Shown here: positions 10,701 through 20,633 of the stretch, one piece after another
How positions within the stretch are numbered: position 1 is the first letter of the stretch
Layout: the number at the start of each line of letters is the position of its first letter
Source: a virus
Taxonomy: Duplodnaviria; Caudoviricetes
DNA length: 64,000 bases
Direction: 5' to 3' (one strand)
IMG/VR virus record: IMGVR_UViG_3300004255_000002
Location: 26,530 to 90,529 of that record
Position numbers and translations under genes: made by a program
Notes under the pieces: model-generated
Told to the model about the DNA's origin: nothing
The model's input: only the letters and a program-made list of their open reading frames with translations
Database searches by the model: none

Positions 10701-11226
10701 CATTGGCTCTAATGTATTCAAGCAAATCGGTGGGTTCATTAGTAATCTATTCTCTAGCACAGGGGGTAGCGGTGGCGGCGGGATGGGTAGTCTGTTCGGC
10801 TCTATAGCGGGTATCTTCGGCTTTGCTGAGGGTGGTTACGTGTCAGGGGCTGGTACAGGTACATCTGATTCCATCGTAGCCAAGCTATCAAACGGTGAGC
10901 ATGTTACTAGGGCTAGTCAGACAGCTAAGTGGTTGCCATTGTTGAATGCAATTAATTCAGGCGCGATAGATAGTATGTCTGGGTTATTTGGTATGAGCAT
11001 ACCGACACGACCTTACTTCGCTGGCGGTGGTTTAGTAGATACGGCGGCTCAGGCTGGTGGTCAAGGTACGCAAGCTAGTCAGTCTAACCAAGCACAGACA
11101 ACCAGAATCGTAAACGTGATTGACCCTGCTATGGCTGGAGAGTACTTGCAATCAGCCGCTGGTGAGAAAGTCCTAATGAATTTTATTACGAGGAATAAAT
11201 CTGGGGTAAAATCGGCTATCAGCTAA
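7777..11226 (+). CDS. Tape measure protein
   Basis: 1149 aa, GTG start, Ala/Gly-rich helical. AIFQLQQGLSSGTLRGEELNSVLEQ tape-measure domain and C-terminal FAEGGYVSGAGTGTSDSI...LSNGE motif. Confidence 0.93.
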   Translation: MAVSAELQILITAVNNAKAQITSLVKDLSGVSAGVDKINGKDIGTKQNTQLKELGANAKSATDSMGMFALKAAAAVVAIRGLIAIPETYKQIDARLRIAADSQADYNRSQEETTRIALASRSSLEGVAGLYTKLRVNARLASDDAARLTEIIGKATQLDGGGAGADAAIFQLQQGLSSGTLRGEELNSVLEQTPSLAKALADGLGVSVGGLRQIAQDGKLTAEVVRDSLFKMQGDVESKFNQLPVTTGQAFENIKTKAILAIGSIDQQLGITSTIAKGIQAVADNLEPIIKAGAIVGAIFVGLKVQALIASSGMLTLAGATGALGVVMAAVFSPVTLVIGAFAGLIKFFTDGINASNALTETVAEEVTVWEVFGAVLGIVGDSISNVIGFIGDLTGLMPVGGKAIDEFGKQNEKTWTESGGFARNFFNGIVGFLPMLGRALAATAVLIKEGISQLFSSIADEARALGKDLQNVLKGDLTFSNLIKSGADSKKAFSNLGKQYAENMKDALDAGLGTDYAADIFKSINSRINEERKKKPIVADKPASLLPEQTKKGSAASAFGLGQDEINALKTVLDGITNDIKSSLAQASKIYDESYKDNLISINEFYIARQGIIDKQADTEIEAERTLLSALQAERAKVANTAVGDKEQEKKRAKLADIDNEIFKIGQKVLQIDKERGFATSDIARNRERDSKALREQLADIRLANDLVAGVATSEQRADAIRLRNAELLRKAQENESENKGATAAVERKIEIEINQETLDRTETEFNAVMARLRASQETVDIQRKNGILTETQAREQLVILNRQAADDLDVLIPKLEEAAKALGPEAQARVAEWRNQIAQTRLVVDETAVRINGAFKDGASTLFKDLITGAKNAKEAVLDFANTFLKAVADVASQKLTDSIFGGVAGGGGGIGGILSGLFGDKPKEKGSNPADPLYVQDASKATEKLGDVVNPTEGVLDTFFTKVKTGFNSLVDIGSNVFKQIGGFISNLFSSTGGSGGGGMGSLFGSIAGIFGFAEGGYVSGAGTGTSDSIVAKLSNGEHVTRASQTAKWLPLLNAINSGAIDSMSGLFGMSIPTRPYFAGGGLVDTAAQAGGQGTQASQSNQAQTTRIVNVIDPAMAGEYLQSAAGEKVLMNFITRNKSGVKSAIS

Positions 11227-11228
11227 TT

Positions 11229-11242
11229 TGCAGTTAATTGCA
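11229..11242. promoter_or_regulatory. Palindromic operator-like site
   Basis: TGCAGTTAATTGCA in the gap after the tape measure gene. Confidence 0.65.
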
Positions 11243-11261
11243 CAAACAATAAGGAATCAAG

Positions 11262-12488
11262 ATGGCATACGAAATTGATACTGCTTCCAACCACGTAGAC
11301 CTGTTAGCTAGATTGCGCAGGTTTATTACTGGTCGGGCAATCCTCACTACTCCAGTTAAGACAGGCACAGGTAATGGTGTGATGTCGGCAGTAGATAGCT
11401 ACCCAGTGGCAGTGACCGAAACATGGACAATTACTTGTACAGTAGCGGCGGCGAATGGGGGCACGTTCTCGGTGGTGGGCTCTGTGTCTGGTGCTCAGAC
11501 CTCAGCAACCGTGGGGACGGCTTACGACAACGGTATAGTTAAGTTCTTGATTAGTGATGGGTCAGCAGACTTTATCGTGGGCGATAACTTTGTCTTTAGT
11601 GCCACTCGTGGGGCAATGTCCGTAGAGGGCACCCCATGGGAGTTACTGCGTTCAGACAGCACAACTCTTATGGTTAAAGGCAAAGGCTTAGCAGGTACTG
11701 AGGAGATATACGTTAACTTCAAGATATTTGAAAACATCCCCTCAGACATCTATAACTTTGTGTGTCAGGGTGCGGCAGGGTACGTGGGAGCAAGTGCGGT
11801 AGACAATCAACCGGGGCAGTCACCTAAAGTGGGTTTGACCTTATGGAATGCACCAATGAAGTACTGGTTCATTGTTAATGGTCGCAGGGTTATTATTGTG
11901 GCTAAAGTTTCTACCTACTACATTGCTGGATACTTCGGTTTAATACTTCCGTATGGTACGCCACAGCAGTACCCGTACCCATTGTTTATTGGCGCAAATA
12001 TGCCTAATAACAGTGATGCCACTAATAGTAATTACAACACTAGCAACTATTCTCTGAACTCAGGAGTGAACTCTAATTATTGGAGCCCAAGATGCGCTAG
12101 CAACAATCACCCCTCTGAGTACAACGCACAGACCGATGTAACTCAGTCAATGCTGTATTGGGTAGACGGCTCATGGCAGGACTTTACGCAATTCTCCTCT
12201 AGTTTGAACTACCACACGTCCGTTCCTACGAATGTGAATGTAGTCCTCCCTATTAACAACAATTGGATAAGAGACAACGTAGACGGCACCTATGAGTTAA
12301 CACCACATCAACTAGCCATAGTAACGCCAGCTAATGCGCTAGCGGGAGAGTTGGACGGTAGTTTCTTTGTGTCTGGCTTTAGTAATGGCTCAGAGAACAT
12401 AATCAACGTAGGGGCAGATTCCTATGTAGTGGTTCAAAATGTATTTAGAAACGGCGTAGCAGATTTCGCCGCTATAAAATTAGCTTAA
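11262..12488 (+). CDS. Tail tip/virion structural protein (D3112/YuA-type)
   Basis: MAYEIDTASNHVDLL start and YWFIVNGRRVIIVAKVSTYY...G motif of this tail module. Confidence 0.75.
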   Translation: MAYEIDTASNHVDLLARLRRFITGRAILTTPVKTGTGNGVMSAVDSYPVAVTETWTITCTVAAANGGTFSVVGSVSGAQTSATVGTAYDNGIVKFLISDGSADFIVGDNFVFSATRGAMSVEGTPWELLRSDSTTLMVKGKGLAGTEEIYVNFKIFENIPSDIYNFVCQGAAGYVGASAVDNQPGQSPKVGLTLWNAPMKYWFIVNGRRVIIVAKVSTYYIAGYFGLILPYGTPQQYPYPLFIGANMPNNSDATNSNYNTSNYSLNSGVNSNYWSPRCASNNHPSEYNAQTDVTQSMLYWVDGSWQDFTQFSSSLNYHTSVPTNVNVVLPINNNWIRDNVDGTYELTPHQLAIVTPANALAGELDGSFFVSGFSNGSENIINVGADSYVVVQNVFRNGVADFAAIKLA

Positions 12489-12497
12489 GGAAAGATA

Positions 12498-13493
12498 ATG
12501 GCTTACGAATATGGTATAGCAACAAGCGCGGCAGACCTCCTAGACAAGATTAGGGTGGTGGCACTGGCTCGAGGGTGGACAGTAGATAACGACAGTAACC
12601 CATCAGCTACATCACGTAGGTTATCATTGCATGTAGGTGACGCATACTTCCACCTAGTCTCTGAGACCGCTAACGCTAGTAATTCCCCCTCTCAATTAGG
12701 GCCATGGATATACGGCATGATGTCCACAGGGTATAGCGGCGCGGCAGACTACTTAAACCAACCCGGTACTGCTAACATAGCTGGGGACAGTAACGCCTAT
12801 CGTAGATGTATGTGCAATAACTTGGTTGGCCCATTCACGTCTTACAGGATATTCTCAGGGGCTAACTATATCCATACAGTGATTGAGACTAGCCCTAACG
12901 TGTTTTCCCATATCGCCATAGGCGTACTGAATAAGTATGGTACCTACACAGGCGGTGGCTATATGTCCACGACTAGCTGGTACACCTCCTCATCATCAAA
13001 TAGTTACCCAGACCGAATTGAACACTGCTACCTATTTGATATGAACACAGGGCTAATAAACTCTGGGTATAGATGGAACTCCATACTATTTAGGGGAGAT
13101 ATTGACGGTAAAACATGGTTTTACAATATGAACACTGCTGACCCTAGAGTGCTAGGGTTCATGAGGACTGAGAATACCTATTCAGGGCTTAATAATGCAG
13201 TAGGGCCAATGGCAGTACATATGGCTAGAACACCTAATGCCTTTAACTTGGTGTCGCCGTTGCTACCCGCGGTTCTGCATGTGGCTAGGGGCTCTGGCCT
13301 ATATTCTCCTTTAGGTGAAATACCAGACCTAAGAGCAGTGAACATGACCTACTTAAACGCAGGGGATGAGCTAACGATAGGGGCAGATACATGGATTATT
13401 CTCCCAGCTAAATCTGCATCTTTCCCTATTAATACCGCAGGAGCGGCAGTTTCTTCTGGCACCTATGGGTACGCCTATAAGAAAGTAATGTAA
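12498..13493 (+). CDS. Tail tip/virion structural protein
   Basis: MAYEYGIATSAADLL start similar to the preceding gene. Ends with the GYAYKKV motif. Confidence 0.7.
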   Translation: MAYEYGIATSAADLLDKIRVVALARGWTVDNDSNPSATSRRLSLHVGDAYFHLVSETANASNSPSQLGPWIYGMMSTGYSGAADYLNQPGTANIAGDSNAYRRCMCNNLVGPFTSYRIFSGANYIHTVIETSPNVFSHIAIGVLNKYGTYTGGGYMSTTSWYTSSSSNSYPDRIEHCYLFDMNTGLINSGYRWNSILFRGDIDGKTWFYNMNTADPRVLGFMRTENTYSGLNNAVGPMAVHMARTPNAFNLVSPLLPAVLHVARGSGLYSPLGEIPDLRAVNMTYLNAGDELTIGADTWIILPAKSASFPINTAGAAVSSGTYGYAYKKVM

Positions 13494-15193
13494 TGGCTAC
13501 GTTAACTGGCATCTACAAACCCGCAGTCGTATTCAAGAACCCTACGGGGTACAGTACTCCTATTCTTGAATCTAAATCTCGCATGCCTAATGCTAGAGCA
13601 CTGTGGGCACCTACTGCTAATAAAGTAGGTACTGACAATAACGGGGCCCAACCAGTTCAGACCCCATCTCGTGCCGTGGGCGGCGGTAGAGCTACGTCCT
13701 ACTTGAATGACTACTACTATAGAACGCACATAGTCCCAGCTAAGATTGACGTAGGTAATATTCTATCCACCCAGCTAAAAACAGTTGAGGTGTGGAATGC
13801 TCACTTCGTGCCTAATCAGTTAACTAGTATCACTGAACAGGCGACAGATGGCATAACCTTATCCAACGTGGCAAGTCCTCCCCTAACATACCAAGGCTTA
13901 CAGTCAAGGGTGTACACGGTGAGTATATCTACTAACGGCCCAGCGACTATCAATGCCAAGTTCAGCTATGACTTTACACTAGACAGCTACAACCCCTTGT
14001 TGAACATCGTAGGCTTGCGTGTACTCGCTTGGTGGCCTAGACCTAACTGGGATACACCGTTACTAGAACGCTGGGAGTGGTTGACTAATGTAATGACCTC
14101 TACCAATCGTAAAGAGCAACGAGTAAAACTACGTGGTATGCCTCGTAGAAGTCTTGAGTACGCTACCGTCATTAAGAGCAACAGTGACCGCCAAAAGATG
14201 GAGAACCTCTTGTTCTCATGGCAGTCTCGTACCTTTGGTTTACCTATGTGGTTTGACCAAGAGTTCTTACAGGCTGACTTAGCCGCTGGGCAAATCAATA
14301 TCCCTTGCACCACAGCTACCCGTGATTACCACATTGGTGGGTTGGTGGCCTTACTCAACAATGAAAGCGATTTTGAGATTGGGACTATCACTAATGTGGG
14401 TGCAAACAGTGTGACCGTGAATACCCCGATAGCCAAAACATGGCCTACTGGTAGTAAGGTGGTGCCTATGCGCACAGCTAGACTAACTGCTAACCAGAAG
14501 TTTGTACGGGTAACGGATTCATTGCTAAGTCTAACTGTTCAGTTCTCTATGTTAGAAGGGGATGACACCGTACCCGTAACAGAGGCAACCACCTACAGAA
14601 CCTACCCAGTGCTAGAGGTGAGACCAAATTGGCGGGAAGAGATTAACAGTGAGTATCAACGTGATATCAACCTGTTAGACTTTGCAACAGGTGCAGTACT
14701 GGCAGATGACACTAGTGGCACGCCAGTTGCGATACATCAGTATCATTGGCAAGCAGGCACCCGTGCCCAGATTAGTACGCTTAAGAAGTTCCTATTCGCT
14801 AGGTACGGTAAGTGGAAGCCTATTTGGGTGCCTACCTTTATCAAAGACCTTGTACTAACTGATTTGGCGGCATCTTCTAGCTCTGTTATGTATGTAGAGG
14901 GTACTGAGTACACCAGAAACATTGCTTTGGCAGTACAGCGTCGAGACATTCGTATTCAACTCACTAACGGCACCCTTATCTACCGTAGAATTTTATCTTC
15001 CACAGAAGAGGGTGCAAAAGAGCGGATAGTAGTGGATTCAGCCTTCGGCACTGAGATTCGACCAGATAACGTGGCGGAGATTAACTTCATGACCTTATCA
15101 AGGCTAGAGGCAGATTCCATTGAGGTTAAGTGGGAGACCGATAGTATAATGGAGATATCAACAGCGTTTAGAAGCCTAAGGGATGATGCGTAA
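13493..15193 (+). CDS. Distal tail/virion structural protein
   Basis: DYYYRTHIVP...VWNAH, PNWDTPLLERWEWLT...EQR...PRR motifs typical of D3112-like tail proteins. Confidence 0.75.
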   Translation: MATLTGIYKPAVVFKNPTGYSTPILESKSRMPNARALWAPTANKVGTDNNGAQPVQTPSRAVGGGRATSYLNDYYYRTHIVPAKIDVGNILSTQLKTVEVWNAHFVPNQLTSITEQATDGITLSNVASPPLTYQGLQSRVYTVSISTNGPATINAKFSYDFTLDSYNPLLNIVGLRVLAWWPRPNWDTPLLERWEWLTNVMTSTNRKEQRVKLRGMPRRSLEYATVIKSNSDRQKMENLLFSWQSRTFGLPMWFDQEFLQADLAAGQINIPCTTATRDYHIGGLVALLNNESDFEIGTITNVGANSVTVNTPIAKTWPTGSKVVPMRTARLTANQKFVRVTDSLLSLTVQFSMLEGDDTVPVTEATTYRTYPVLEVRPNWREEINSEYQRDINLLDFATGAVLADDTSGTPVAIHQYHWQAGTRAQISTLKKFLFARYGKWKPIWVPTFIKDLVLTDLAASSSSVMYVEGTEYTRNIALAVQRRDIRIQLTNGTLIYRRILSSTEEGAKERIVVDSAFGTEIRPDNVAEINFMTLSRLEADSIEVKWETDSIMEISTAFRSLRDDA

Positions 15194-16008
15194 TGACCTA
15201 CTTATCTAAAGAACAGAGTACCCACGACAGTGAGCCATTAGAGCTGTACGAGTTCACCCGTGGGGCTATTCGGTATGCATACACATCTAGTGACTCGGAC
15301 ATCACGTTTAATTCAAGCGTGTATGATTCTGTGCCTATGGATAGAACCAACCTAGAATCGTCTGGTGAGCTAGGCAGGGCTGGGCTTAAAATCCGTATGC
15401 CTCGTGATACAGCATTCTTACTGGACTACATCATCTCACCTCCATCAGAGGTGACGACACTCACTATATACAGAAAGCACCGTGGCGAGATAGATGCGAA
15501 CGCGGTAGTGATATGGATGGGTAGATTGCTCTCATTAAAGTGGGAGGAGTCTATTGTTGAATTGAGTTGTGAGCCTATCTACACTAGCATTGTGCGCTTA
15601 GGGTTACGTAGGCAGTTTTCACGTACATGCGGTCATGTACTGTATGGGCCTAAATGCGGGGTGAATGCTACGGCATACAAACTATCAGGCTCAGTGATTG
15701 GTATTGCGGCGAACGTAGTGTCAGTTTCTACAGGCAGTACCAACGGTGATAACTACTTCTCTGGTGGTTACTTGCAGTGGGATTACCAAGGGCGCAAAGA
15801 AAAGAAAATGATACTCAGACAGGTAGGTAGTGCTCTTACTCTGTCTGGGATTCCCACAGGACTGTTAGGTGGTGATACTGTAGAGATGTTCCCCGGTTGC
15901 GACCACGCATTAACGACTTGCAACGGTAAGTTTAATAACAAGCTGAACTATGGTGGACAACCATGGATTCCTTCAAAAAACCCTTTCGGCTCTATAGCCT
16001 TGTGGTAG
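15193..16008 (+). CDS. Phage BR0599 / DUF2163 family tail tip protein (gpL-like, Cys-ligated cluster)
   Basis: C-terminal GDTVEMFPGCDHALTTCNGKFNNKLNYGGQPWIP-x-x-NPF signature. Confidence 0.85.
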   Translation: MTYLSKEQSTHDSEPLELYEFTRGAIRYAYTSSDSDITFNSSVYDSVPMDRTNLESSGELGRAGLKIRMPRDTAFLLDYIISPPSEVTTLTIYRKHRGEIDANAVVIWMGRLLSLKWEESIVELSCEPIYTSIVRLGLRRQFSRTCGHVLYGPKCGVNATAYKLSGSVIGIAANVVSVSTGSTNGDNYFSGGYLQWDYQGRKEKKMILRQVGSALTLSGIPTGLLGGDTVEMFPGCDHALTTCNGKFNNKLNYGGQPWIPSKNPFGSIALW

Positions 16009-16015
16009 GTGGATT

Positions 16016-16246
16016 ATGTGGTTTCAATTATTTGTATTAGTCGCATCTTACGTACTACAGGCCGCGTTAGCCCCAAAACCCCAAGCACCCAAGGCGGCGG
16101 CTTTAGCTGACTTTGATGTACCGACAGCGGAAGAAGGCCGACCTATCCCTGTAGTATTCGGTACGGTGGTTGTGACAGGTGCTAACTGCGTGTGGTATGG
16201 TGACCTTGGTAAGTCGGCTATCAAGTCTAAGAAAGGTAAGAAGTAA
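16016..16246 (+). CDS. Small tail assembly protein
   Basis: PTAEEGRPIPVVFGTV...NCVWYGDL motif. Confidence 0.75.
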   Translation: MWFQLFVLVASYVLQAALAPKPQAPKAAALADFDVPTAEEGRPIPVVFGTVVVTGANCVWYGDLGKSAIKSKKGKK

Positions 16247-16458
16247 TGGGCAAGTATGACAACCTTGTTGTTACCGTGGACGATATGAGAAGCATCCAGT
16301 ATTGTTCTCGTGGGGCAAAAGAGTTTGCTAAGCGGTACAACTTGGATATGCGCTCATTCCTAGATAACGGGATTCCAGCTAATGAACTGTTAGCACTGGA
16401 CAATGCAATGGCGACAGCCGCAGTAGAGGCGGCGGCAAAAAGGGCAGGGATTGAATAA
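16246..16458 (+). CDS. Small tail assembly protein
   Basis: YCSRGAKEF-x-x-RY-x-LD-x-x-x-FL-x-x-GI motif conserved in this tail module. Confidence 0.7.
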   Translation: MGKYDNLVVTVDDMRSIQYCSRGAKEFAKRYNLDMRSFLDNGIPANELLALDNAMATAAVEAAAKRAGIE

Positions 16459-18668
16459 TGTCAAAAGGTAAAGCGGCAATAGTTGGGTGGAAGTATTCAC
16501 TGGGCATGCATATGATTTTGTGCCATGGGCCAGCTAATGAGGTTCAAGCCATCTCCTTTGGTGGTCGCCAAGCGTGGTCAGGTGCTCGTGTGGGTTCTGG
16601 GGATATCTCAGTCAACAACCCTAGCTTGTTTGGTGGAGACCAGCGTGAGGGCGGTGTAGTCGGAACCGTTCACGTAGCTATGGGTGATGCTAGCCAAGAC
16701 CAGAATCCCTACCTAGTGTCACAGTTGGGTTCCAACGTGCCTGCCTACCGTGGATTGGTGAGCATGATATTCAACAAGTTCAATATCGGCTCTAACAACC
16801 CTTATGTGAAGTCACTGGCTATCCGCATCAAGAGGACTACGGCAGGGTGGCTAGGGGACGTTCCTTGGTACACAGCTAAGGTAGACATCAGCGGCGCTAT
16901 GAACGCGGCTCACATTGTCTACCAGTGCTTAACTGACCCAGAGTGGGGCATGGGCTACCCATCTACCAGCGTGGACGATAATCAGTTTAAAGCCACTGCG
17001 GACACCTTATTCACTGAGGGCTTTGGTCTATGTTTGATGTGGAATCAGCAAGGTAAGATTGAGGACTTCATTGGTGACGTGTGCAACCACATTGGGGCAG
17101 TGTTAAGAACCGACCCACTCACAGGTAAGTTCCAGCTTAAGCTTATTCGTGAGGACTACACGGCAGGTAGTTTATTCCTGTTTGATGAAAGCAACTCTAA
17201 AATAGAAGAGTATCAACGCCCTAACTGGGGTGAGACCACTAACGAGATTGTTGTGGGCTACACCGATATGGCCTCAGGGCTCAAGAGGGTAACCGCTGTA
17301 CAGGACTTGGCAAACATCGCAGTGCAAGGTTCCGTGGTGTCTGCTTCTCGTGAATACCCCGGTATTGTTTCAGATGCAATCGCTGGCAGAATCGCTATGC
17401 GTGATTTACGTGCGGCATCTACCCCATTAGCGAAAGTGCAGTTAATTGCAAATCGTAAAGGACTGAACTTAAACATTGGGGACGTAGCGAAATTCAGCAA
17501 TGCGAACTATGGCATCGTGGGTATGCCCCTTCGTATATTGGGTATATCCTACGGCACCCTCTTAGATGGGACTATCAAGATTGACGCGGTAGAAGACATC
17601 TATGGTATGCCTACGACATCCTATGTAACCCCTCAAGGCGTGAGTTGGGTGGACCCAGCAATTCAGCCAACCCCAGTGGTGCTTAGCAAGTTGATAGAGG
17701 TGCCTTACTGGGAGGTGCTACGTTCGTCTACCACCGCTGATTTTAATACCCTAGACAACCTCTCAGCATTCGTGTCAGCGGTTGCTGATAAGCCTGCATC
17801 GGGGATGTTCAGCTTCAATCTAAGTATCAATGATGGGTCAGGTAACTATCTACTGGATGATGGTAGCACCTTCACCCCAACCTGCTTGTTATCGGCAGGT
17901 ATCGGGTATGCAGATGTAACACTGACCTACACCAGTGAAGTAGACCTATCCTCAGTCGTCATGAACACATATGGCTACATAGACAATGAGTGTGTAGTGG
18001 TCACAGCCATTAATACGATTACCAAGGTCATCACTATCAAGCGTGGCATGATGGACACCGTACCAGAGATTCACAACTCTGGTGCTAGATTATGGTTCTC
18101 AGAAGAGTTCACAGCATTCTCACAGGTAGAGCGGTTGAGTGGGGATGCAGTCAACGTGAAGTTGCTTACCGTATCTGCGTTAGGTGTATTGCCAGCGGTA
18201 TCAGCCACTAACATAGGTATTACTATGGCTGGGAGATTCGGGTCACCTTACCCACCAGCTAGGGTGAGGATTAATGGCTTAGAGTACCCAGACATTATTT
18301 CTGATACCTTGGTGCTTACATGGGCACACAGAGATAGAACCACTCAAACAGGCCCAACATTAGTAGACCAGTACGCTGGTAACATCGGACCTGAGCCGAG
18401 CACCACCTACACTGTGAACTACTACCGAGTGACCAATGGGGCGTTGTTAGCCTCAGCTTCTGGGCTGACAGGTACTACACACACCCCAACACTACCAGCA
18501 GGGTCATACTTTATTCGTATTGAGTTGCGTAGCTGGCGTGCTGGCTACATGAGCTGGCAGAAGCATTCAATCGTTGCGTTGTTTGTGAATACAGCCCAAA
18601 CTAGGATTTTAGAGAACTTAAATAGACGGGTTCTTGAAGACGGTGTATCAGTTCGAGTAACTCAATAG
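16458..18668 (+). CDS. Central tail hub / tip attachment protein (gpJ-like)
   Basis: YSLGMHMILCHGP...PAYRGL...MNAAHIVYQCLTDPEWGMG...F-x-x-A-x-TL-x-x-EGFGL motifs, 736 aa. Confidence 0.85.
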   Translation: MSKGKAAIVGWKYSLGMHMILCHGPANEVQAISFGGRQAWSGARVGSGDISVNNPSLFGGDQREGGVVGTVHVAMGDASQDQNPYLVSQLGSNVPAYRGLVSMIFNKFNIGSNNPYVKSLAIRIKRTTAGWLGDVPWYTAKVDISGAMNAAHIVYQCLTDPEWGMGYPSTSVDDNQFKATADTLFTEGFGLCLMWNQQGKIEDFIGDVCNHIGAVLRTDPLTGKFQLKLIREDYTAGSLFLFDESNSKIEEYQRPNWGETTNEIVVGYTDMASGLKRVTAVQDLANIAVQGSVVSASREYPGIVSDAIAGRIAMRDLRAASTPLAKVQLIANRKGLNLNIGDVAKFSNANYGIVGMPLRILGISYGTLLDGTIKIDAVEDIYGMPTTSYVTPQGVSWVDPAIQPTPVVLSKLIEVPYWEVLRSSTTADFNTLDNLSAFVSAVADKPASGMFSFNLSINDGSGNYLLDDGSTFTPTCLLSAGIGYADVTLTYTSEVDLSSVVMNTYGYIDNECVVVTAINTITKVITIKRGMMDTVPEIHNSGARLWFSEEFTAFSQVERLSGDAVNVKLLTVSALGVLPAVSATNIGITMAGRFGSPYPPARVRINGLEYPDIISDTLVLTWAHRDRTTQTGPTLVDQYAGNIGPEPSTTYTVNYYRVTNGALLASASGLTGTTHTPTLPAGSYFIRIELRSWRAGYMSWQKHSIVALFVNTAQTRILENLNRRVLEDGVSVRVTQ

Positions 18669-18677
18669 GAGTATTAA

Positions 18678-19025
18678 ATGGCAGACATAAAAATCAGTGA
18701 CCTACCCGCGGCATCAGCCTTAACTGGTGTTGAGAAAGTAGAGGTCTTACAGTCCAGTGCAAATCGGGCAATGACGGTAGACGACATCCTTGCGTATATC
18801 AACAGCAAGCAGTCCTACAGCGCCAACGTGGGTGATGGCTCAGCGGTGAACATTGTGCTCACCCATAATCTGAATACCAGAGATGTGCATGTAACCTTAC
18901 GCAGTAATTCGACCCCATGGGCAGAGGTTACAGTGGTGAACGAGGCGACTAGTGTTAACACCGTTACCTTACGCTTTGTGACAGCCCCAACAGCGGCACA
19001 GTACAGGGCAACAATCACTAAATAA
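18678..19025 (+). CDS. Putative tail fibre-associated protein
   Basis: MADIKISDLPAASAL fibre-type N-terminus and THNLNTRDV C-terminal beta domain. Confidence 0.55.
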   Translation: MADIKISDLPAASALTGVEKVEVLQSSANRAMTVDDILAYINSKQSYSANVGDGSAVNIVLTHNLNTRDVHVTLRSNSTPWAEVTVVNEATSVNTVTLRFVTAPTAAQYRATITK

Positions 19026-19082
19026 CATTTAATAGGAAGCTGAGTATCCCTTATACTCAGACCAAATTAGAAGGAGATAAAC

Positions 19083-19361
19083 ATGAGTACAAGTATAGTT
19101 ATAGGGCGTAAAAATGGCACCCTAGCAGATGTGACCCCAGTTGATGTTCCAGTTCACGAAATAGTCCCACCTATGACCGTCTTCGTGCGCAACGCGGCAC
19201 CTTTTGCACACCAGATTGAGATATCTGTGGATGGTGGCTACGAGTTCTTCGAGCCTATCTACGACTTTGAATCAGCAACACAGAAGGCGGTATCTGTAGG
19301 CACGCCTATTACCCATGTACGCTTTAGTGGCACCACAGATTCAGTGTGGGGCGTTCTTTAG
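19083..19361 (+). CDS. Hypothetical protein
   Basis: AGGAGA RBS, 92 aa in the tail-distal block. Confidence 0.6.
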   Translation: MSTSIVIGRKNGTLADVTPVDVPVHEIVPPMTVFVRNAAPFAHQIEISVDGGYEFFEPIYDFESATQKAVSVGTPITHVRFSGTTDSVWGVL

Positions 19362-19388
19362 TCTTAACTAAATACATGGAGAATAATT

Positions 19389-20195
19389 ATGGCATTTCCA
19401 AATAAAGGCGCTGGCGGTGGTTTAGTAGATAAGGACTACGGCGACGTAACCGTATCTGAATCAGGTGGTGTAATGGTAGTGGATGATGATTCCATTACCT
19501 ATGCAAAAGTACAGAACGTCTCAGCAGGTGATAGACTTCTAGGCCGTGCAACAGCAGGCGCAGGCGACATAGAAGAGATTCTGTGTTCAGCGGCAGGTCG
19601 TGCATTGTTAGACGATGCCAATGCAGGTGAGCAACGTAATACCCTAGGCTTAGGCTCAGCGGCTATTCATGCACATGGTGAGTATGCTACAGCGTCTCAA
19701 GGCGCTAAGGCTGATTCAGCTCTACAGTCAGCGGATATCGCTAACGTACTTAGAACCACTAATATTGGTAGCTCAGTACAGGCATACCATGCAAAGACAG
19801 CGCGTACCGACTTAGGTATGGCGTATGAAATGGGTAACTCTGGTCGTGTAGCTACAGTTGGTGACGGCTCAGGTGCTATCGCTATTGCGGCTGGTACTAT
19901 CACGCTTGACTTAACGAAGGCTAGCTTCTTTGACCTTGGCGTATTGACAGCGGCGATAGCGTACACATTGGGTGCTCCTACAGGTCTGGCAGATGGTAAA
20001 AGCTTCAATGGCTGGATTAAAGCAACCCAACCAGCATCAGGTACACCACCTACATTGGCCTACCATGCAACATGGGACTTTGCAGGCGGCACAGCACCAG
20101 CCCTAAGCACACCAGCTAACTCTCAAGACTACCTAGACTTTAGCTCAGTCAATTCAACACGAGCACGCTTAGCCCTTGGTAAAGCTTGGTCTTAG
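19389..20195 (+). CDS. Tail fibre-like protein
   Basis: GRALLDDANAGEQRNTLGLGSAA fibre repeat and C-terminal TLDL...F...TL...PT...W-x-F-x-GG-x-AP-x-LST domain. Confidence 0.65.
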   Translation: MAFPNKGAGGGLVDKDYGDVTVSESGGVMVVDDDSITYAKVQNVSAGDRLLGRATAGAGDIEEILCSAAGRALLDDANAGEQRNTLGLGSAAIHAHGEYATASQGAKADSALQSADIANVLRTTNIGSSVQAYHAKTARTDLGMAYEMGNSGRVATVGDGSGAIAIAAGTITLDLTKASFFDLGVLTAAIAYTLGAPTGLADGKSFNGWIKATQPASGTPPTLAYHATWDFAGGTAPALSTPANSQDYLDFSSVNSTRARLALGKAWS

Positions 20196-20225
20196 TCAAT
20201 AGCTACTAAACAGGACACTAAAAAA

Positions 20226-20630
20226 ATGAGATACACATATAATGGAGTGGATGTCACAGCGGCAGGGTTCTTAGATGCCGAGGGTACTAACTACCCAGCT
20301 AACTGGGCACTACTAGCCTCACCAGAGGACAGAGCCCGTGTTGGGATTGTGGAGACAGAGGACCCAGTTGTTGAGGAGCCAACCCCACAGCCTAAAGTGC
20401 GGTTCTACCCTCTTGAGTTCTTGGAGCTCTTTACAGAGGCAGAGCAACTAGCAGTCGTATCAGCTACCTTGGCTAATGCACAGGTTAAGCTCTGGTATGA
20501 CAAGATGCTAGGGGCTAGCTACGTGGATATCACTGACCCACGCACTACCTCTGGGCTAGAGGCATTGGTAGGTGCTGGTCTGTTAACAGAAGCGCGTAAG
20601 GTAGTTATCCTTACCCCAGTGACGGAGTAA
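20226..20630 (+). CDS. Putative tail fibre assembly/chaperone protein
   Basis: GTNYPANW N-terminal motif and FLELFT-x-AEQ...D-x-RT-x-x-GL-x-x-L-x-x-x-GLLT C-terminal motif, downstream of the fibre gene. Confidence 0.5.
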   Translation: MRYTYNGVDVTAAGFLDAEGTNYPANWALLASPEDRARVGIVETEDPVVEEPTPQPKVRFYPLEFLELFTEAEQLAVVSATLANAQVKLWYDKMLGASYVDITDPRTTSGLEALVGAGLLTEARKVVILTPVTE

Positions 20631-20633
20631 GCC